Positions 15,701 through 64,000 of a stretch of 64,000 nt of DNA are shown piece after piece. This DNA comes from Paraspadella gotoi. Lineage: Eukaryota; Animalia; Chaetognatha. Below the pieces are notes generated by a model. It searched no databases. It was given only the letters and a program-made list of their open reading frames with translations, and was not told the origin of the DNA. Position 1 is the stretch's first letter. The number at the start of each line of letters is the position of its first letter. The stretch covers positions 6,837,431-6,901,430 of the forward strand of contig CM119266.1 of assembly GCA_051294375.1 (NCBI GenBank), read 5' to 3'. The position numbers and the translations under genes are program-made.

Positions 15701-16263
15701 TCCTTGGGTGACCGCGCCAGTTACTGGATGCGTCTCTGAGGGTTGGAAGCCCCCAAAGACAACAGTGAGATGCCCCATCCCAATGGGCATCACAGGCAAC
15801 CCGACTGTTGCCATACAGTCTTTGAAAACAAACTTTTATACTTTTAAACGTCTCATTTTGATACGATTCTTCCAAATTGTGTAATTTATTAAGGTTGCCA
15901 TGACTAGCAAACAGTCACTTTGATTTCGAAGATCCTTTCATTCTCTTTGCATTTGAGCTGCGCTATCCTTGCAGATGGAGGATGTAGAGGATCAAGGCGT
16001 TGAAAGGGTCGATATCGGGACGACGCAGCCGCTCGTCGAGATCGAGCGGCTTTGCCTTTGATTACAACGTTGAATTTAAAAAAAAATTCGCATAAAAAAT
16101 TTATAATTAAAAAAAAAATTATATTACCTGCGGTAAAGCTTGAGCTCTAAAAGTCTTCATATCTGGGCTGGCGATTTTTGTAGAGAATAAACTGTTAATT
16201 CACGAAGAGTAACACGATTTGGAAAAGAGTCAGCAAAATGATCCATCGCCATTTCTTCTTCAT
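12706..16263 (-). CDS. DUF229-family protein (alkaline phosphatase/sulfatase-like fold, type II membrane); first exon disrupted as assembled
   Basis: Exons 16263-16128, 16055-15919, 15420-15016, 14937-14721, 14535-14336, 14271-13974, 13898-13633, 13535-13394, 12918-12870 and 12775-12706 join in phase. Motifs: NVHILAMDSTSRLNTIRYLPK, GYNKVG, GHLDNSILFLWADHGFR, IPENRTCQTAGIPLDFCSC, terminal LCLC. Two in-frame stops in exon 1. Confidence 0.85.
13066..13282 (+). mobile_element. tRNA-derived SINE
   Basis: A-box-like TGGCTGAGCAGG and B-box GGTTCAATCCC; body shared with 38389-38596; ends ATCACAGGC..GTTGCCATA. Confidence 0.7.
15590..15815 (+). mobile_element. Retroposon fragment sharing the SINE 3' tail
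   Basis: gtgagatgcccc..gggcatcacaggc..gttgccata matches the tail at 13233-13282; upstream body differs. Confidence 0.5.
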
Positions 16264-16364
16264 TACGACAACGTTGAATTTCTTTGAATAATTTGGTTTT
16301 CAAATCAATTTAAAGTAAGAGCTTTAATTTTAAGTATGAATTAATGGAATGAAAAAGTTCTTTG

Positions 16365-16409
<45 letters not shown>

Positions 16410-16604
16410 AGAGAGACAGACGGACGAGACATCTTTTTTTTTCATGATCTAAGTGTCATACCGAGAAGCTTTTGGGTGGAACGCGACGGACCGACAAGTG
16501 CATTAATAGAAAAAAATGATGCAAGTTGAAAAATGATGCAAATTTGAGCGAGTTAAAAAAATGGATTTAAGAGTCAAAAAAAAGTATTTGTTTGTACCAT
16601 AGTA

Positions 16605-17012
16605 ACAGTTCAGTTTAATCCCTTGCAAGCGATCTACATATATATGCGTTTTATTTGAATTCAACAAGGTTGATTCAGTACATACATGAGCATCAAAAAA
16701 AAATAAGTCTAAAAGAACAAAACAAAGAGGTTTAAAGTTATTGATTAAATATTCTCAATCATTAAAGAATATCTTAGAATCAAATTTTTAGTATCTAGAT
16801 AAAATTCTTCTACGCTGGTTAAACATGGTAATAATATCACGTAACCAAATGAACTCCGAGCTCTCTAATGCTTCCCATCGGTTGAATCCGAATATTTTTT
16901 CTGATGCCATCATTAATAGCAACATTAATTCTCTTCATGTCTCGAGCCAAAAAAGATATTACCTCACAGCCATATAGTAGTAAAGGGACACAATTCGTAT
17001 AAAACAGCCTTT
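16605..17012 (-). mobile_element. Non-LTR retrotransposon (LINE) 3' remnant
   Basis: RLFYTNCVPLLLYGCEV...RINVAINDGIRK/(frameshift)IFGFNRWE resembles an RT C-terminal region. Its tail pieces recur at about 750-782 (caacaaggttgattcagt) and about 1652-1686 (acagttcagtttaatcccttg). Confidence 0.65.
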
Positions 17013-18616
17013 GGTTTGGATGTTACGATCCTATCATGATCAGTTAGGATCTGTCATGATCAGTTATGATCACAAATTGAAAAAAATCATCGTTAATTAT
17101 CAATTATATTAATTACCGCTTAATTATCCTAGGCAGATTCGACATTGTTTACTCAAACTTGTTTTATAAAAAAGTTTATTTATCTTTAAAATTCTATTTT
17201 GCTTTTTTTCTACTTCGTTTTCTTTTCTTCAAATCGAAACATCCAAAGCAATTTTTTTTCTTATCGTCGTTATCATTATTAAACTCGCATTCTAAATAAA
17301 AATATTTTTTAAAAAATATTATTTTCTCATACCTAAATGACAATGTCAGATCAATCGATCTTAATTCGCGTCCTCGTCATCAAAAACCGCGAAACTTCTC
17401 CAGATTTCCAACAAAGACCAAAATCTGCGGTCGTTGACCTGAAAACTCGCTGTGCTAGATTTGTCGCGTTAACGACGACGACGACGACGACGACGTCGAT
17501 GCTCGTTAATTCATCAAACTCAATAAAAAAAGTAGTTGTTTTTATGAACTTCGCCTTTTTTTTCGTCTCATCCTTTTTTGACGCTGTTTGTCTCTCGCGT
17601 TGGCGTCGGTTTCAACTTATTTCATCAAAAGGATTTTTCCGATTTGACAGAAATCTGAATTTATGTTATTTTTCGTCTGCTTTGGTTAACTTTTTTGAGC
17701 AACTTGCACTTTATGATCTAAGAGTGAATAATCATTTTTATGCTTTAATGGACAGTATTCGTTCTAAACTATTTGAGAACCTTTCTCTAATTCAATATCA
17801 TGAGACCTTTTTTTATCTATACAATCTATACAAATCTGTACAATCTCCAATTTCTTCTCGTAACCCCTAAATCCGCTAATCTGTCTCGATCAAACCCCCG
17901 CGATCCTTCGGCTACTAAATTCTGCCATCGCCCACATCTGCGGCAGAACCACAAAACCACGACGCCACAGTCCGCCACAATCCGCCACAATGACTCATTT
18001 CTTCTTAAACTTAATACGATTCGCGATTTTTAAGCAGAACTGATATCTTTTCATTTTCGTTTATGATCTCAAATTCTACTTTCACTTCTTTTCATTTTCT
18101 TTATGTTTTTTTTTTCTTTGTCATTTCCTGTGTTTGCGTTTTACCTTCAGTGGCGGAACTTCTTGAGTTCTGAGTCTCTCTCTCTCTCTCTCTCTTTCTC
18201 TCCTGAGTTCAGTTTTCTCTTCCTGTTTCTTCTGTGTTTGTACTATTTTTTTTTAGCTAAAAAACGTTTTTTTCAGTTTTTTTAAACCCACTAATTTCTT
18301 ACTAAACTTTAGTCTCGCCTTTCAGTTATTTTTTTATTAGGTATTAAGAATATAATATTTTTAATTTTAATCTTTTACAATATACATATATGACCATTAC
18401 AAAAATATTAAATAAATCCTTTTCACTTGCCAGATTACTATTGTTTACCCATTAGCTTGTAATAACATTTTCTCTTTCACGGACATTTTTTTTTATTTAT
18501 TACATATTTTTTTATTTATTGACTTTTAAGCTAAAGCGACGGATTTCCCGTTTAAGGGGAACAAACAAAGCGTGAGCCTTTGGACGTCGATACATTTGAA
18601 GTCGCGAAGGGCGGAG

Positions 18617-18850
18617 TGAATGAATGAATGAATGAATGAATGAATGAATGAATGAATGAATGAATGAATGAATGAATGAATGTATGAATGAAGGAATAAA
18701 AAAATGAAAGAATGAAATAAAGAATGAACGAATGATTGAATGAAAGAATGAATGAATGAAGGAATAAAAGAATGAATGAATGAATGAATGAATGAATGAA
18801 TGAATGAATGAATGAATGAATGAAGGAACGAATGAATGAATGAATGAAAA
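18617..18850. repeat. (GAAT)n microsatellite
   Basis: Long perfect and degenerate GAAT run. Confidence 0.95.
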
Positions 18851-19108
18851 AATAGATGAACGAATTAATTGCAAAGATGTATATATATGTATATATGGGA
18901 ATGAATGAACATAAATATCAAACAAATTCACAAGCGACGAAAAAGGACGCGATGACCCCGTGAGATTTCGAGTCACCATCGCCCGTCGTCGTCGTCGTCG
19001 TCGTCGTCGCCTTCGTCGCCGATACTTACACTTACTACTGTGAAGTCTGTGAACAATATTCCTCCTTTAATCGAATTTGTCGTCGTCGTCGACACAGAAC
19101 TAATTCAT

Positions 19109-19143
<35 letters not shown>

Positions 19144-19372
19144 CCCTCTTTTTTCCTCTTTTTCTCTTGGCTTCAAAAACGGTCGACAATAAAACGTTTT
19201 AATTTTGAACCGAATCCCGAGACAACTTTTTTTTCTCTTTCTGCAAAGAAATATTAATATTTTGTGAAGACACGTTATTTCGGATTTTGTTTATTGTAAA
19301 GAATCTTGGGATTATGTAAATACGATAAATTGGCTTTTTTGTTGCGAGTTACTTAAATGTCTCGTTCTTAGT

Positions 19373-19436
<64 letters not shown>

Positions 19437-19777
19437 CCCTTATATAGATTTAATAACAATTAATCCCCGATGAAGTTTATTATGACGAATTTCGTCGTCG
19501 ATCTTCGTTTTTTCGCAAAACAAAACAAAATTAAAGAAACAAAAACAAAAAACGAAATCAAAACAAAACAAAAAAATATGAAAATTTTTGGGAAAGAGTA
19601 TCCTAATGAAACGAGATCATAACTTGTAAACCTCAAATAAATCGAGTTTTCATCCCCAGTGAATCTGCGGTTAGATCACAGTTCATTCACAGTCAATTCA
19701 CGATGATTTCACTGTCGATCTAATGTTTCGATTTTTGTCATCAAATTTCCGCTCGAGTTTCAGATTCACGATGAAAA

Positions 19778-19819
<42 letters not shown>

Positions 19820-20361
19820 AAGAAAAACAATTTAATTTTGAGTTGATAATCAACTTCCTAAAAAAATGAGTTTAATTTTCAAATTAATGAATCAATGTAT
19901 CAATTTCACCGGATTTTTTTTTTGTGAACGAGTTCACTTCTTTTCCCGCCGGTCCCTTCCCCCCGGTCTCTTTGAACATTTTGACTTAACAACTAATTAT
20001 TACGAATCGGTTGGTTATGAGCCAAACCTTAATCGATCTAATTGACCACACTTGATCGTTGTGGGCGAAAAGTGGGAAGTTCTCAAACGAGACTCGTCGG
20101 GGTTGTAGGAAAGATTTATTTGCGAAGCAGTTTAAGAGACCACGCTGTGGAGTGGAAAGAAAAGCGGGCGAATGCAATCTACTACATATGAGATAATTGT
20201 ATTTTGTCACAAGAATCCCTTTAATTACAAATCATTTTTGTAACAAATGAAAAACCGTTTTTTTGTTTCTCAGCTTTTAGTTTTTTGTGTTTAAAATGAT
20301 TTTTTTTTTCGGACCCCCAAAGTTCCGATTTATCAAAACTTATTGGCTCAAAAAAGTTGTG

Positions 20362-20394
<33 letters not shown>

Positions 20395-21778
20395 TACAGT
20401 CAACTCGACCTTAAATTCATTCTCGGATTAAGGAGAGTTTAATCCCCGGTTAAAGCACCTTTTCAGTTTAGACTAAGCTAATTACATAGATAATTATAAA
20501 CTCTTAATGCTCTTTTAAACTTCGATCTCTCTCAACTAAATTATCAAAATACTAATTTATAGACGAATACATATATTTTTAATTTCTGAATCAGTGTGCA
20601 ACCGATAAAAAAGGTAATGATAAATTATCAGTTCGTAAAAAAGCTTAAATTTTACCGAAAAAAATGTACTAATTCGCTGCCCAAGTTTTTCATTCATTAT
20701 TTTTCTTCTATTTTCATAAATTTTTTTTAGTTCATGTTTGGCATTTAGCTTTTAAGGTTCAAAACGCCCAAACTTTGTTGAAAATGTCATATTTAGAACG
20801 TTCCTAACAAAGAAACATTCTCTAATTTTCAAAATATATTTTAGAACTAAAATTTTAACCAACTATTGAAACAAAGGTGTTAGCAACAGCAAAATTACCA
20901 ATTTTTTTTAACTAGTGAAGCCTAAAATTGAATTAACAGTTTTTCAAACAGTTTAACCAACTGCTTAAGCAACAGTTCTCTCAGAAATTCGTCGTCGTTT
21001 CCAGTTTTTTCCGCAAATTTATTTAATTAAGATTTGAAAAAAAAGGTCATCGGAAAAAAGTCAAAATTTGAAAAGAGAAAAAAAGTGACGCGAATTACTC
21101 ATCACGTTTCGTTTCTTTNNNNNNNNNNNNNNNNNNNNNNNNNNNNNNNNNNNNNNNNNNNNNNNNNNNNNNNNNNNNNNNNNNNNNNNNNNNNNNNNNN
21201 NNNNNNNNNNNNNNNNNNNNNNNNNNNNNNNNNNNNNNNNNNNNNNNNNNNNNNNNNNNNNNNNCTCTCTCTCTCTCTCTCTCTCTCTCGCTCTTTCTCG
21301 CTTTCTCTTTTCACAAAAAATAAAAACCTTTTTCCTTCTTGAAATGTGCCTTCGAATTCACGGCGCTTCGTTCGTATTGACTAATTTAATTTTCTTTTTT
21401 AAATTAAAATGAATGAACGATTTTTTTTCCTGCATTAAAAAAAGAGGGGGTGCTCGGAAAATGCTGAACTCATTTTTTTCTTATTCATTTAAACTACCTT
21501 TTTCACTATTTCCTTCGTATTTTTTCCTAATGAATTTATGATTTTTTTTTCGGAATTATATATTTTCTCAACGTCCTTAAAAATATTCGTCAACCTTAAG
21601 ATATTAAGGTCTAAACTTTTCTTTTTGGTTTTAATTTTTCGTTTTTCTCTGGATTTTCTTGATTTAATTTTGAGGATGAATGCAGAAAGAAGCAGCGATT
21701 AAAAAAGCCTTGAGCCGAAAGAGGCTGAAAAATCATTGCTTAATCACTAACAAATGAGCAAAACGTTTGAATTAGGAG

Positions 21779-21813
<35 letters not shown>

Positions 21814-23257
21814 NNNNNNNNNNNNNNNNNNNNNNNNNNNNNNNNNNNNNNNNNNNNNNNNNNNNNNNNNNNNNNNNNNNNNNNNNNNNNNNNNNNNNNN
21901 NNNNNNNNNNNNNNNNNNNNNNNNNNNNNNNNNNNNNNNNNNNNNNNNNNNNNNNNNNNNNNNNNNNNNNNNNNNNNNNNNNNNNNNNNNNNNNNNNNNN
22001 NNNNNNNNNNNNNNNNNNNNNNNNNNNNNNNNNNNNNNNNNNNNNNNNNNNNNNNNNNNNNNNNNNNNNNNNNNNNNNNNNNNNNNNNNNNNNNNNNNNN
22101 NNNNNNNNNNNNNNNNNNNNNNNNNNNNNNNNNNNNNNNNNNNNNNNNNNNNNNNNNNNNNNNNNNNNNNNNNNNNNNNNNNNNNGGGGGGGTAGCCGTG
22201 TCTGTAGCGGCGGTGGTGGTGGTAATGGTATTGATAATGGTAGTAACTGTGGTGGCGGGGGTGCCGACTCTATTTATTTAATTTTCACATATTTAGTTTT
22301 AAAGTTGAATCTTCTACTTCTAAAGGTTGATTTTTGTTTATATTCAATAAGCATATCATATACTATTATGTTTAATGGGTTAAGTAATACAGTTGTACCG
22401 AGCCCTGGTTGCCCTACGACTCTTTCTACTTAATTTTCTTTTAATCTTATTCCGATTTTTTATATTAATATATTTCAACCGCGAATTTTATTAAGTCGCA
22501 AAACTCGTCCAAGTCGTACTGGTACAAATCCATTTGGCGCGCTCATCCATTTCAAAATACTTGTTAAAACAAATATTCAACAAAGTTATAAAACCTTTTT
22601 GACTTCAACCTTTCGAGTCTCCAATAAAACTTCTCAGAAAAAAAAACGAACATACACGTCAAGAATCGACAAAGTCAAAAAAGACGAACGAAATCGTTTA
22701 ATTCATTTTTAATCAAAATTAAAGTCAATTTTTTCTCTCTTTACTTCGACCTCAGTTCTTCTCCGTCATAAATTAAATTCGACTTCGAGTCTCGTTAAAA
22801 TCATCGCGGGGACGTTTTCTTGTTTTGTTTTGTTATTTTGTTTCCTTTGATCCGAATATCTTTTGTTTTATCTTTTCATTAACTTTCGACGTCTTTTGTT
22901 TTTCTTTTTTTCCCAGGGTCGACGGAGGTCGCAACCGTCGACGAAGAAAAAAAAAACAAACAATAAACAAATAGAATTTAAAAAAACTACAAAACAGCTG
23001 CACGAAATTTGGACAAAACTTTACGCTATTATATACATTATATTATCAAATGAAAATCGGATTATAAATTCCCACTAAAGCTACAAAAATCCACGCCCAA
23101 GAATCGCGTCGTGAGAAATTAAAATCCCGCGCGGCGTCGCTCGCGTCGCACGAAAGTCTCGCTTTCGGCCGCTGGAAGGTCGAAAAAAAAAAAGCAAAAG
23201 GACAAAGGGATTAAAACCGTTAACAAATCGATCAACTCGCCAACAAAAGAAACAAAA

Positions 23258-63364
<40,107 letters not shown>

Positions 63365-63868
63365 GTTAATGCTGCAAAATGAAAATTCCGTGATGCCGTG
63401 ATGCCGTGATGCTGTGATAAAAACGCTTAACATCTGGCGATAGTTTGCAAACTCTTAGTGCTTTATACTTTGCGCCTAACATGGAATGTTTAATCGTCAT
63501 TTGAATGGTTATTTTTTGTGATAAAATGAATTAATGTTTTCAAAAGCTGGATATATCGATTGGCTTTATATCATGATGATGGTGATTGTTGATATGTGTG
63601 AACTGTGAAGGGTATGAGTTTTTTGTGTGGCAGTCACTGTGTGAAGCAATGTAGTTTGTTAATCTCTTCGGGTTATTTAACCGAAATCGGAAACTTTTTT
63701 GTCTTTAAATTAGTAGCTAAATTGATTAAGCTTTCCGCTTGCTATACCCTATGCATCTTTAATACATAAATATATTTATAAAACCCCTTATTGGTGCGAG
63801 CATAATATGAACCTGTTCTGTTTAGTTAATCACCAAGCTTTCTTCCTTTGTACTCCACAATTGTGCAG

Positions 63869-63880
63869 GGGGTGACGACG
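63869..63880 (+). other. Candidate 12-nt microexon (GGDD)
   Basis: ttgtgcag|GGGGTGACGACG|gtaagg, phase 1-1 after the FDGSK exon. Confidence 0.55.
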
Positions 63881-64000
63881 GTAAGGAAAAATTCACCCAT
63901 TTTAAATTATCAAATAATTTTAAACTTGTTTAAATAAATTTAGAAATAAATGTTAGATTTCGAAAAGAACACTTTGCTTTTAGACACACTTTATATATAT

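Noticed and set aside
16147-16197. Stop-codon reassignment to explain the in-frame TAA/TAG
   Set aside because: The same gene ends in TAA, and thousands of other codons in the window contain no internal stops

Overview
AT-rich, microsatellite-rich animal (invertebrate-type) genomic DNA with assembly gaps; not prokaryotic. About 1-12 kb and 17-23 kb are intergenic repeats. A 9-exon DUF229-family gene lies on the minus strand (16263-12706) with two in-frame stops in its putative first exon. From 23258 to beyond the window end, the plus strand carries a DN-cadherin-like (type III classical) cadherin. I could join 32 core exons (5332 nt, about 1777 codons) in one open frame with matching intron phases. 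Its introns hold a nested antisense coiled-coil gene ending in a MAN1/LEMD3-type RRM, tRNA-Phe and tRNA-Gly clusters, SINEs and a Tc1 remnant. The most notable signal is a set of 12 frame-preserving candidate microexons (3-30 nt, AG/GTRAG-flanked) plus larger Ser/Gly-rich and acidic cassette exons, one adding a second furin site. They sit in loops and Ca2+-linker regions of the cadherin ectodomain, and several resemble duplicated ends of neighbouring exons. These exon calls rest on splice motifs and phase read by eye and need transcript evidence.
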